A DNA stretch of 64,000 bases from the human T2T-CHM13v2.0 reference genome, Homo sapiens: NCBI RefSeq assembly GCF_009914755.1, contig NC_060927.1; one strand, given 5' to 3'. Position numbers and translations under genes: made by a program. Below are positions 1 to 13,297 of this stretch, one piece after another. The notes beneath the pieces were generated by a model. The model was not told the origin of the DNA. It saw only the letters and a program-made list of their open reading frames with translations, and ran no database searches. How positions within the stretch are numbered: the stretch's first letter is position 1; each line of letters opens with the position of its first letter.

Positions 1-169
1 GTGCATTTTTTAAAGAAATGGTCCCTATTGTATATCATATTCTTACAAGTTTCCATAACCGTTAAAAGGCTAAGACCCTTTCTCTTAGAGGGCAAGAAAC
101 ACCTAGTGTCTTTCTCTATCTGTATAGCTCTGCTAGAGATATGCAATCATACCACTGGTATTTTCTATG

Positions 170-720
170 TGTTAGCTATTTGTTGCCTTATAACAAAAAA
201 TTCCAAAATTTGGCAGCTGAAAACAAACACTTATCATCTCACAATTTCTGTGGGTCAGGAGTCTGGGAGTAGCTTAACTGGGTGATTCTAGCTCAGAGTC
301 TTACATGAGGTTGCAGTTAAGCTGTCAACTGGGGCTGCAGTCATCTGAAGGCTTGATCAAGTGGTTATCTGCTTTCAAACTCTCTTACATGATTATTGGA
401 AGGCCTCAATTCTTCACTGGCTATAGGCTGGAGATCTCAGTTCCTTACAATGTAGGCTTCTATAGGCTGTTTGGTGTCTTCATGACATGGCAACTAACTT
501 CCCCTGAAGAAAGTGATTTAAGGGAGAAAGAGAGAGAAAGCCCAAGATGGAAGAAGCCACAGTCTTTTATAACCTAATCTTGGATATGATATATCTTCCC
601 AGCTATATTGTCTTGGACACTCAGATCAACATTGGAACAATGTGGAAAGTACCACACAAGGTTGTGAATATCAAAAGGCAGGGATCATTGGGGGTGACCC
701 TGTATAAAGAGGCTATTACT
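170..720 (-). mobile_element. MaLR solo LTR (MLT1-family, MLT1F-like)
   Basis: Typical antisense MLT1 text: 'ttatcatctcacaatttctgtgggtcaggagtctgggagtagcttaactggg...ggggctgcagtcatctgaaggcttga'. Boundaries approximate. Confidence 0.7.
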
Positions 721-1190
721 GTATCCTCTATTGACACAAACATAAAGGCAGCACACTTTAGGGGACCCTCATCTAGTACTTCCAGATCCCCAAATGATCA
801 TTACTAGTGCCCAAATGGCTGAGGCACAAGATCATTCTTTCATAAGATGATAATTACAGTATATTAAATCAATTAGAGAACAAATGCAAAGAATCCAGCA
901 TAAGGAAACTGTGTTACAGAACTCTAATCTTTTTCATAGCTGGTCTTTAGTTTAGTTTCTTCATAATTTGAAAACTGAGCTAACAAAGCGGCTTTCCTTG
1001 GCAATTATTATTTAAGCAGTGGAGTGATTTAAATAGGTTCAAATATTGCTTAAGTGTATTTTTTTGCTACTTGAAGTAAAAGTAGAAAGTTCAGAAATAC
1101 TTCCTGGTATTTACAATTTAGCAAAAGTCAAATTTATTTTAAAATCAGAAACATTCTTGAATATTTTCCAAATATATCTTGGTGTCTAAG

Positions 1191-1195
<5 letters not shown>

Positions 1196-1245
<50 letters not shown>
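1196..1245. repeat. (TG)25 microsatellite followed by degenerate GA/TG repeats
   Basis: Seen directly. Confidence 0.95.
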
Positions 1246-1250
<5 letters not shown>

Positions 1251-2081
1251 GAGAGAGTGTGTGTGTGTATGTGTTTGTGTGTGCTTTTGTATACAGGCAC
1301 ATAAAATATGTGATTTGCTTTGGGGATTTTCCAGAAAAAAATTCAAATCCACTTTGAGAATTTTGAGATTTTGAGATAAGACAAATTTCTTCATTATTTG
1401 AGAACTAAATAGTTGTAAGTCAAAACAACAATTTAGAATTTAGTACCTAAATAATAAATGTATTTTTTGTAGTCAATATATTTGAAATGTAATTCTTTTT
1501 TCCTTTGGCAAAACTTTATATTTAGGCTTATTTTATGGTTAATTCTATGCAATGTAACTGACTTTGGGAAGGTTAAATTGATAAAGCAATATACTTGAGA
1601 AGGTATGTTTTGCCTGGAGGCTAATTTCTGAAGGATATTTGTGTATAAATAGAGATTCAGTGAAGAGTTCATCTGTGGTCCTCCTAACATGTGCTGGGAC
1701 TCCTCTTCAGTGGGGATGGGTAATAAGGGCATGTGGTGCCACCAGAGCTGAGGGTGGGATGTGGGAGAGAACTCTATAACCCATTAAGCAAAATCGTTTT
1801 TCTTCTTTTGAAAAGAAGCAAGCCTTTTATATCCGAGAATGCATATAAGTGACAGCTTTGAATGTTGCACTTAATTACTGTGACAATTTTATCTTTCTCT
1901 GCTATTAAAATTATTAATACTACTTTTTTTAAAAAAAGTTTATTTTCATCAGCTAGTGAATCACAGCCCATAACTGTATCTATCTTATTTATGAAAATGT
2001 AGTTGAGGGGATAATGAGATAATTTTTTAGGAACTTTCCAAAGAAAACAGAAAAATACTTGAGATATTATTGGGTAAGGTA

Positions 2082-2373
2082 TTTTTTTTTTATTTTTTTG
2101 AGACAAAGTCCCTGTCACCTAGGTTGGAGTACAGTGGCATGATCTCTGCTCACTGCATCCTCTAGCTCCTGGGCTCAAGTGATTCTCCCACCTACTCTAC
2201 CAATAGCTGGAACCACAGGTGTGCACCACCATGCCCCGCTAATTTTTGTATTTTTTGTAAAGACAGGGTTTCACCATGTTGCCCACGCTGGTCTTGAACC
2301 CCTGAGCTCAGGCGATCTGCCTGCCTTGGCCTCCCAAAGTGCTGGGATTACAAGTGTGAGCCACCACTTTGGC
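2082..2373 (-). mobile_element. Alu, AluJ-like, antisense
   Basis: Poly-T, then 'gagacaaagtc...ctcctgggctcaag...ctcccaaagtgctgggattacaagtgtgagccacc'. TSD-like flanks tgggtaaggtat / tgggcaaggtat. Confidence 0.9.
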
Positions 2374-4120
2374 ATGGGCAAGGTATCTTTGACTTGCTTG
2401 TGTCTTACTTTTTAATACAGAGTTTGGGGTTCTTAACTCTCCCCCAAATGCTATTAGATTGAGTCTAAAGAGGTCACTATGTCCTTAATTAATTCCTTCA
2501 GACAAATAGAGTCTCAATAATTCCAATATCCAGACAAAACATTATAAACACAATCAACCACTTTCCAACTATGAGAGCTGAGAAGTAGCAAAGTATGAAC
2601 TCATAATGTATATCTAAGCTAACCTCGCTTTCTTTTACATACCTTACTTGACTCCAGCCAATAGTAAAACCAAATTAAAGGAAATAAAAGAAGTTAGGAC
2701 ATTTAGTGTACTGTAAAGAGCCCTTCATAGGCATATCAATGGCACATCATTTATGCTTGTTTCCCTTTCATATATAAATGTCAAGTTTTTTAAAAAAGCT
2801 ATTCTCTGAAAAGCTTTATCTTTTAATTGTCTCTCTTTGCTTTTTCTTAAATGAGGTTTTTGCATACTTGAAATTCAGGATGCATGTTAAGTGCAGCAAG
2901 GTTAAAGCATAAACGATTCTAGAGACACCTTCACTGAAATGCTCATAAAACTGAGAGAAACACCATGTCTAAATCTAGCCCATTGGCTTAGTGGAAGGAA
3001 ATTATTTCTCTAACAAAATGAACATAGAAACCAATATTCTGCCTGCCTCTCAGAAGTGATTACATTAGCAGGATCTTTTAAGTCAATAATTGGTTATTAA
3101 AAGGTTATTATTACTTCTTTAGTTTTATTTTATCTTAAAATTGACCTGTTAAGTCTCTATTTATTCCTGTAACAAGTCATTTATTCATCATTTGGAAAAT
3201 CTACGTATATAGCAGGATGTGTATTTATTTATGTTTAGAAACTTAAGTACTTTGGAAATGGTTTTGTGTTACTTTCTAAATACAGTCACCCTATTATAGG
3301 ACCACAGCACCATATCTTGTCTAGACTTCTCTTTTGTATTTGTTTAAATTTAATTTGATCCACCTTTCCTCAGCATGTAATGGTAATGGAATTTTGTCCT
3401 CCCTACATTGTGCATAAACACAAGATAGAAGAGAAATGAATGCTCGGTGAATAGAAGCTAAGAAGAAAGTCATTGATTTTCTATGTGAAAAACTGGCATA
3501 TATTAGATGGAGCTTGATTTTTTTTTTTTAATTAGCGTATTTTCATCCTCACTTGTCTTCTGGCCTTCCCCTCTTACTTAAGATCAATAATTGATGGCAT
3601 TTCTTCTATTTTGAGAGTCTTTCAGTCAATCTCTTTATTTCATGAGAGTTTATCATCACCAGGTAATAATTTCAGGATTGTGGCTTTATGGCTCTCCCAT
3701 TCTTAACGTGGATCGCATGGAGTCTGCACGCTCTGCTTTGATTTGAACCCTTTCCCTTGGCTTCTGTTGTTTGGTGGCTGCAGCTCTGCAGCTCCAGAAG
3801 AAACCACTAGCTCGGAATCCGACGGCCACACGTTTCTCCAGCTGTTTCATTCACATTTCTCTTCTTCTGACCTCCATGCCGAACAGACTAAATCTAAAAC
3901 CTGGAGACGTCCTGAAGGAAAAATACCCTATGCTGCATGAGAATTGTTTACTTTTCTAATCCTAACCAACCTTTTTCCTTTTTTATTTCTATCTTTTGTA
4001 CCTATTTTTCTTAATTCTTTTCCCCTATGAGGGGAAAGTTAGTTTTAAAATCAGGCAAGTATTTGGGATCCCTCAGCATATCCAGAACTTCTGATCCAAT
4101 GCCTTTTTTTTATTTTTCAG

Positions 4121-4158
4121 TCAGTTTGCTCCCAGGAAAGCCTTTTTGTGGAAAACAG
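4121..4158 (+). CDS. ARPP21: ARPP21 coding exon, 38 nt, SVCSQESLFVEN(S/R), phase 0 to 2
   Basis: Acceptor ttttttatttttcag|TCA, donor AACAG|gtaaaa. Peptide matches ARPP21 just after the SUZ region as recalled and joins the next exon in frame. Confidence 0.9.
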
Positions 4159-5979
4159 GTAAAATAAAATTTACTTTTCCATGTCTTTAGAGGAACAACG
4201 TCTGTCATGTGTGTCTTGTGTATTCATAAATATATATCCCATATATGTGTGTGCTTGAATATATGTATTAGCAGATACATATATCTATGCGTACACACAT
4301 ATATGTTATTTAACACATCTACAAATGATCTAATTTGGAAAAAAAATTTTCTTTCAGTTAATTCCAAACAGAATTGTAAAACTTTTTCTTATTTAAAGTC
4401 TCAATTTCTGGTCCTTGCAAAGGTATACTTCCTATTACCTTCACCAGGCATTAAGAATAATAAATATGGAGACATCACAGGAACTTGCAGTTTCATTGGC
4501 TTATTTAGTAGTCTGCTAGAGGCATGCATATATTTGGTATTATTGGCCACTTCCTGTGCCCCATAACAATATATAGCTATACAAGTAACAATTGGAATAA
4601 TATTTTCAGTTTTTTTATTCTAAACAATCTATTTTTCTTCATAAAAGACTTGACCTTGAAAATCTTATCTAAACTGGCCTAGATTTAGCAGTGTACCTGG
4701 CATAGGAGTTAGTAGGGGGAGGTAGTTGTTGTAAAATAAATGGGTTATAAAATTTAAAGAAAATCTTGGTGATAAGAGCAAAAATTTTTCAAACTTAATA
4801 TATACCCTTCAAAAATCATTCTAAATTGACATATATATTAAAATGCCCCATTGATTTAATTGCGGATACTCAGGGCAAATTAAGGAATCCAAATTAACTG
4901 CACTAATCACATTTAAGAGGCATCAAAATGAGCAACTTGATTTGAAAATGTGGTATCTATAAATAAAGTGGTGGTTAATTTTATTTCAGGGTTTTGCTTA
5001 ATGTGTATTCCTATACCATTGATTAAAATGAAGACTGTTTGATTAAATGCCAGTACTCAGAGAAATTTAAACTGGACATTAAAGATGATTGGCTTAAAAA
5101 ATTCCATCATTCATATTTGCAGTTGGAAATCTTCAAGTAACGTGACTAAACCCCTTAATAGAATAACCTCTTCAGAAGAAGAGATAAAATTGAGAAACAC
5201 ATAAAAGGGATTCACAGAAAACTTCAAAGTCCATATATATTTAGACAAATATTCCCTATTTACAGTAAAATCAGTAATCCATAAGCATTGACATCTTGCA
5301 GGTGATTTCTAAAGGATTCCAAAAATACTCTATCTTTGCCAGAAAGATTAAGTGAGCATTCACAATTCAGATTCATGGGAAACCTTATTCTCTCGTCTTC
5401 TAGCCAATGATTTTCCCTATCTTCCTCCCTAATCTTATCCATTTACACTTGAGTGTCCCTTATATTATGTTGGATTATATCCCACATTACAATAATTGGT
5501 CACATATATATGTATTGCCTTCTCTTTAGGTTAACAGGTCTTGATGGTCCTGGAAACCAAAAATCTAAGTGACTTACCACCAAAAATAAATACATTTCTT
5601 GGATATGTGCCTCTGGAATGCCAATATTTCATTATGCCAAAATATGAAGAATAGTTTTAATATATTACTCTAAAAAATCACTACTAATGTATTTAATTAA
5701 ATCTCTATTATACCTATATCAATCTCTTTTCTCCTCTTCTATTCCCTCTGCTTCCTCTTTCCTTCTTTTCTCCTTACCTAGCATCGGTGTCTTAATCCTA
5801 GGGTAGAGATCTTAATCCTATCCTATGGGCATTAATTTATTATGGCAAAATTCAACATCATATAAATAAAACTTTGTATGGGATTGATTTGTGCTGTAGT
5901 AGAGTACACATCCATGTAAACACAAGGCATTTAGTACCCTTAGGTTTTATATCATAAAAATCATGTTTTTCATTTCCAG

Positions 5980-6039
5980 TAGGCTCTTGGAAGACAGTAA
6001 CATATGCAATGAGACCTATAAGAAAAGACAGCTCTTTCG
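5980..6039 (+). CDS. ARPP21: ARPP21 coding exon, 60 or 57 nt, (S)RLLEDSNICNETYKKRQLF(R), phase 2 to 2
   Basis: Tandem acceptor catttccag|tag|G, donor TTTCG|gttggt. In frame with flanking exons. Confidence 0.9.
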
Positions 6040-6587
6040 GTTGGTATGGTTTACTTTCTTAAACTGTGTTTTTTTCAAATTATGTGGTAGAATCAATGTT
6101 AAATATTAGTGTACTCGTGTAAAATATATCTGTTCATTTAAAAAAGTCTGGTTATCTCTTTGTAAAGCTTGTTAAATAGCTAGCGTGGAAGTCATATTGG
6201 GTAGTATGAGATATGAGACTGGAAATCTATCACTTCGTCTACAATTCGTTAGGGTTCTTCTGGTTTTCTGCTTTTTGGGGGCTAACTTTGGTAGCACACT
6301 GTTTTGATTTTCCCAAATTAACTTTAGTAAATTACACTGAGTTAAATTTTCACTGACAGATTGCAATTGTACATACATTCTCAACACTGGAAAATAAATC
6401 AATGATAGCCCTACTTGGGCAACTAATTTTTAATTTTATCTGTTATATTATTTCAAACAGTGTGTTTTCAAGGGTGAATTTTATTTCTGAAGAAAGATAT
6501 GAGGTTCCTTTCAATTAAAATGAAATACTTAAATTAAAATCTGTGTAGGATAAGGGGATAGGATGATAATTTTTTTAAAGTTCTATA

Positions 6588-6745
6588 CTAGACTAGAAGC
6601 TCTATGAAAGCAGAGCGACCATACCCATTTTCTCACTGCTCTATTCAATGTATATCTGACATCCATTGTAGAGAAAAGTGTACACAGTACTATAAGTATA
6701 CTCAGTATCCAATACATATATTTAATGTGTTAATGTGTTTATGAG
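6588..6745. mobile_element. L2 3' fragment
   Basis: 'ctagactagaagctctatgaaagcagag...ttctcactgctctattc' resembles the L2 3' end. Confidence 0.5.
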
Positions 6746-7378
6746 TGTTAGGATTTACCTCCGTTGCAGGAATTACTACAAGAACAACAACAAAACTCTT
6801 ATCCACTTAAAAGAAAGAAAATACTAAGAAAATCAGATGAATTGAATGTTGAGAAAGTACATTTTCTGCAATAATTCTGGACTTTAGAACTCATTATGAG
6901 TAAAATTAATTTGTTATCTTACACTTTGATTGAAACAAAAAACAGAAGCTTCTTTTTGGACTTCTTTCACTTTTCTAGATTGAACTATTAAGTTTATTAT
7001 GAAGTCTTCCTTATGTATCATTAGACAATTAATTTTCTTTTCCACACTTGAAGATTTAAGAAAATAACTTTGCACTTCTTTTGAAAACTCAGAGAAAAGC
7101 TAAAATTTACCATTAGTCCTGCGCTCACACACTGTGACCTAGTTTGTTTAGGGTGATATAGATAAAACATGGGTTCTTGTCCCCTAAAGGCCAGTTAGTT
7201 TTACATAATCCCAAATCTGTCCCCAAGCCAGAGCTACCATATACTCAGGTTAGCCATCTCAAATATGGATTTCATCACCCACCCAAATCACCAAGCACAG
7301 AAACTCAGAAGGGTAACTTAGCACAAAGCCATTCACACAATTGTAAAAGCAATTCAAGATGTAGATCATCCCTAGCCC

Positions 7379-7777
7379 GTGCAAAAAAGATGCATTTAGA
7401 CATAAAGGAAAATAAATATTTTCAGTTATGTTAATCAGCACAGAAGCAGAGCTTAAAATATATGCCTTTGTAACTACCTTGGAATGAAATTCTAGTTACT
7501 TACAAGAGGGCCCAGCTCCAATGACAGATATCTCATTACTATCATCTTCCTGGATTCCAGTAGGTGATTCCAGTAGGAGAGTAACCTGTGCAAAAAAAAA
7601 AAAATGCATATAGACATAAAGGAAAATAAATATTTTCAATTATGTTAATCAGCACAGAAACAGAGCTTAAAATATATGCTTTATAACTACCTTGGAATGA
7701 AATTCTAGTTACTTACAAGAGGGCCAGCTCCAATGACCAGATATCCCATTGCTATCATCTTCCTGGATTCCAGTAGG
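7379..7777 (+). repeat. Direct tandem duplication, about 190 bp x2 (7379-7564 and 7588-7777)
   Basis: Both copies read gtgcaaaaaa..tgcat.tagacataaaggaaaataaatattttca...tcctggattccagtagg with few differences. Confidence 0.95.
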
Positions 7778-10244
7778 GGAGGAACAAGACTGGGCTTAGG
7801 AGAGAAGGGAAGACACCTGTGCATGTGGTTTTCTACAATGCCTATGATCCCACACCCAAACAGATTTGGAATTCAATACTGGACCGCACTTCAACACTGT
7901 TAAGATGATAGTGCAATATAAAATAGAGGAGTACAAAATATATTTTAATGTATAAATACCTAGGAATCATAAATTAGAGTTACACATTATTTTTGAATCT
8001 CATTAATGCTAACTCCCTAAAGCGGCAACTTAAATTTTCTTTTTTAAATGTACAGATTATGGCTTAGGACAGTGATCTGAGCTAGTGAGGTAGAGGTAGA
8101 GAAGTTAAAGAAATCTTAGGTTGCCTTATTGAGCAGGTGATGTGACATAAGTCTAAAGGAACTTCTTACAGCTCTAAAACTAGCTCTACCAGGGAGAAGG
8201 GTGTAGACTACAACACACTAAATTGCACCCAGAAATAGTGGTGGCCACCTTCTTTACGTAAAAGGCACAGTCACACTGGCTTTTACAGAAAGTCTGGATT
8301 CCTGCCATGGAGGTGCAGAGTTCATGGCTAAAGAGATTATTGAAGCAGAATTAGTAATGGGAACAAGGGATCACCCCCATATGGAGAGCATCCATCTCAT
8401 GCATCCTGTACTCTGAGGCTAAGCACCACTCCCAAATCATCAAGCCAATGTTTTTCTATAATAAATATTTCAAATTAGCTGCAAATGAGATTATTGTCAT
8501 ATTTCTGGTGCATTCACAGTTGCTAAACAATGATTTTGCTAGACTTTGTAAAACATAGTTTAACATACTCATGATTATATGGGAGAAGAATGAAGTTGAA
8601 TTTGGAGATTTAAAGAGAAGACAATCAGAAATGGAATAGCAAGCCCTTGAAAAGGCTATTTATTTCTCCGCTCTATCTCCCAAGGCTTTCTTGAATGTCA
8701 AAGGAGTTTAAGAGGTAAAGCCACCTGGTCATTGGTGAAGGTCTGGCATTCATACCTACAACTTGGTTTTCATCAAGTGGTTCTTATTTCTAAAACCAGC
8801 CATCCGTGTGGTACTGAGAACAGAGAGAATGTAAAATATTAATAGAGGATGGAGGGCACAGTATTTTCATCTAATCTTTCACTCGAAAGCGCTTTTTGTT
8901 TTGTGAATATTCTGTACCCCTTCCTCCCTTTGCTTTACAAAGTTCCTGTCACAAATCAGTTATTTCATTTTTATTTCTTGGATCCATTTATCTTCTTATG
9001 TTTGGCTGAAATAAAAGAAAAAGTTTAGTGAGTAAAGTTAAAGCAACACTTAAAATTTTCTTTGTACTGTCTGTACAATTTTGTCGGTGAGTATTTCAAT
9101 CACATAGTGCACTTCAAACATCTCAACAGTACATTATTGTCTTTAAAATATTTTTCAATGAAGCTACCAATCACATCTGTGAGATTTGAATCAAGGCTTA
9201 AATATGTCTCATTGTTAATATGAGTTAGGTGTTATATTTACTGACCAAGATTTATATTCCCTTTACTTATTTATAATCCATTAAACCTTAAGGTATTTTA
9301 CGGATGCATTATTTTTATCTTCAGAAAAAGCTTTGAATTTATTAACAAAGTTATGCTTTAGACAGATTGGAAACCAATGAAAATGCAAATTTCGTCAAAT
9401 TTCTCTATAAAACACATGCAATTTTGCATATTTCTTAGAGATACTCTACAGTCTTCAAACTTCACTTCTGGCTATTGGATCTCTTCCAATACATTTACTC
9501 TTTTTTCTATTTGAAGTTTGAACAAATGTGTTCTTTCACCTGAGGAGCTTTTTTTGTTATTTCCATTGTTCCCCTTGGAAAGTTTTGTGTCAGTGTATAG
9601 TGTTTACACTGTTGTTATTTTCAAAAGTTTTTCTACGTGAAAATAATTAAAGGGTTCTTTCCTCTGACCATGAAGGTTAAACTCAGTGGGCAAAATTCTT
9701 ACCATAGGTTAATAGAGTAATTTCTGTGATTTCTATCCTATCTGTCAAAGCCTTGGTGATTTCAGATGTGTATCTCATAAAGCTGGAACATGAATTAACA
9801 GCTTCTCTGGATCTATGTGCATTTTTCCATTGACAATTATTTTGTGCTAAAGAGAGAGAAAAAGTCTTCTTTGGTGGGAGTTACTTTTAGAATCATTTAA
9901 GATCACAATTACTTCTGAACATTAATTAATTATTGATTTGAGTCAGGAGAAGTTATCCCCCTATTCTATTTGCAAGAGAAATTAACAATTACATTTTATG
10001 ACATGTCTTTCTAGTTGTTTCTCCTTCACCGACAGAGGGATCATGTAACATTTCTAGGTTTGGTTTTTCTGTTTGTAACCTATGTGTTATATGTGATGTG
10101 TCATCTGTCTATACATCATCAAAGTATTTGTAACACTGGGAGGCAACTGGTTTAATGAAAAGGGTTGGCAGGAAGGGTCTTGTGTGGATCACCTTCCAAG
10201 AAAAGCCTTGCTCTGTGCCTACCAACACCATGCATGTAAGGTAA

Positions 10245-10517
<273 letters not shown>

Positions 10518-13106
10518 TAGTACTGAATGTGTTTATGTCCTGTGGTATTTTTTGGATTCTACCCAAGCCATATGGTCACCATTCCCTCTGACTTTCAGTT
10601 GACTGATAATGATGATATTAATCACAGGGATAGCTGGAAATCAGAAGGTACAATTTAAATAGGTTACTGACTCTTTCCAGTTATGTGCCTAGGTCAAGTT
10701 ACTAACCTCTCCAAGTTTCAGTTTTCTTATCTATAAAATGTAGGTTATATAATGTTATTCAAACCCATCTCAGTAGACTTAGTGTTTATGTATTTAATTT
10801 AAGCACTTAAGTTTACTTATTTAAGTTTACTCAGTAAACTGAAGTTTAAATTGCATTATTTATATAAAAATGATTACCATGGCACCTGCATTACAGTAAC
10901 TACCTAGCAAAAGTTTGCTGTTCCTTTTAAATTTAGTAATATGAATTATTCCTTAAAAACACGCCGTAGGATAATTATAATATTAATAGCTTTCGTTCTT
11001 GCATTGGAATGCTGTTAGTACGATCCTGGACCTGGTTTTTAACCATTCTGTGCCTCTGTTTTCTTCATCTGATAAATAGAAATAATAATAGTACATATAT
11101 TGTAGAAATATTATGAAGACTGAAAGAGTCAGTATACACAAAGCAACTTGAATAATGTCTGTCAAGTTATAAACCCCCAATAAACTCTAGTTATTATTCA
11201 TTTTTATTACTGCCATTTAATGTTTGCACCCCTGCTTTGCAGATAAGACAGGTGAGTGTCAGAGAGGTTTAGAGTTTCCAAGTTACCAGGTGCTTGTATG
11301 TTTTTTTCCAAGTGAAGCAAATAACGATATTCTGAGGTAGGTAGTTCAAGTTTGCATGAACAGTCTTTGGAAGGTGAGTGATAATGAGAGATCTAGGAGA
11401 GCCATTAACTTGAAACAACTTTAAACTGATGGAAGCATACACCACGATGCTCACATGAGTCTGCAAAATGCCCTCATGGTCGGCCATTTCTAGCTCTTCT
11501 GTCTCCCAAAGATTATTCACTATTGTTTTTGATTATTTTCAAATGTTCACAATTAAAATACCTCCTAAAATCTCAGGAAGGTGACAAATGACCATTCAGT
11601 AGCACTCCATGAACTGAAGTTTGTGATTTTAGTATGTAATTGTTTTTGCTTTGTTTTGGTTCTGCCTTAGAAAATCAAATTCCCTGACACTCTCTTGGTT
11701 TGGGTGGGGAGGTGGTTGGGAGTTGTGATTCTGTTGTATGCTCTGGGTGTCAGATTGTATGGGTGGAGCATTCAGGCTCCTGAAGTGACAGGTGAGTGGG
11801 AGGCCAAGGCAGGAGTGGGATGAAGAATGGAGAACCCCAGTTAGAGTTTAGACATGGGCTGCCCTGGACTGTGGATATTTTCCCAATCACCCTTTACACT
11901 GATGTTAGGGCCAAGGGGTTCCCCACCTCCATGCAAAATCTGGGTTCATTTGCTAATGGTTTAACATAATTAGGTTGTTGACAAATTCCTTCTAAAAATT
12001 ATCTCATGTTTTCCTATATTAGGAGAAAATTAATAGCATTTAGTTACAGTCACTACATAATACACACACCCTGATTCTTGGAAAGATTCAGATGGGTTCA
12101 CACTGCCTTTCTGCAATTTTTATTCACTAATTGGTGAGTTCTTGATTTCTTACTCTAATTAATTGCTCTCATATTCCACTATTGTAGCAACTGAAGTAAA
12201 GAAAATCCACTGTAGTACACTTGAGCTCTTGTAAACTAAGATAGGTTTAATAGTTTTAAATCTCCTTAAAATGTGAAAACCAAGTACTTTAAATGGTGCA
12301 CTTAAAAATTCCAGCACACCAAAAGAGCTCTTAAGATTTTTAAATTAATAGTCATTCTTCATGCACCAACCCCCAATCACTTCCAAAGCAAAGCTCTTTG
12401 GAAACATTTAAAACACTTCAAAAATGTTAAAATGCCATGTTCTTTGAAGAATGATTAGAGATTGTAAGTGCTTCAGAATTTTTTTTCTTTTAATCTAAGT
12501 GTCTCCATTTGAAAGCTTGTCAAAGTGCAGGCATGGGAAGGGAATAAAAACTTAAAGAAGATCAAGGTAGGATGTCAAAACAAACTTACAGTTTCCCAAG
12601 ATGGATTTATGAAGCAAAGCTGTCAGTCTGGCTGTCATGGAGCTTCAGAACAGCACAAGTTTTCAGTTTTTTACCTAATTGTTCACAGTGGAATTGCAAA
12701 CTTTTTTATGACCTTTCAGAAACCAAGTCTGGAGTTGTGACATTTAAGTTACTCTTCTCCTCCTCTAATTACATAGATTCTAGCTTTAAATAGATAATAA
12801 TGAGACTTTTTCCACATTGGAAACACATTTTCCTACGTTTTGGAAGGAAGCATATTACTGAAGTATGAATGTACAAGCACATTCTCTTGAGGCCTGGGCT
12901 GCCTACCAGATGCCCAACACACATTTCTGGAGGCAGATGATGCGATTGTATCCTCCTTACCGAAAGCACTTGAATGACACCTGTGCGGCAACCTCAGCTG
13001 TTTCTTGTTAATAGCAATGTGGTTGAGAAATAAGAGTATGACATCTGTTTCTTACCACATTGGCCTAGCTATACTGTCACTATTGTTCCCCCATCTTGAT
13101 CTTCAA

Positions 13107-13297
13107 AGCAGGGTTTCTGAACTTTAGCTCCATCAGAATCACCCAAAGGACTGGTTAAATCCCAGATTGCAACACCCACCCCCAGAGTTTCTGAGCCCAT
13201 AGGTCTGGGATGGGGCCTGAGAATTTGCATTTCTGACAAGTTCCCAGTTGATGCCAATGCTCCTTGCCTGGGAACCACACTTCAAAAACAACTGCTC
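13107..13297. mobile_element. MER5A (hAT-Charlie DNA transposon remnant)
   Basis: 'catcagaatcacc...cccagagtttctga...taggtctgggatggggcctgagaatttgcatttctgacaagttcccag.tgatg' matches the MER5A consensus pattern. Confidence 0.85.

Noticed and set aside
1134-1394. HT/CV-repeat ORFs (also near 41545, 48208, 50593 and 56592-56938)
   Set aside because: Translations of (TG)n/(CA)n microsatellites.
7130-7137. 8mer miR-128 site CACTGTGA
   Set aside because: Deep intronic, and about one occurrence is expected by chance in 64 kb.
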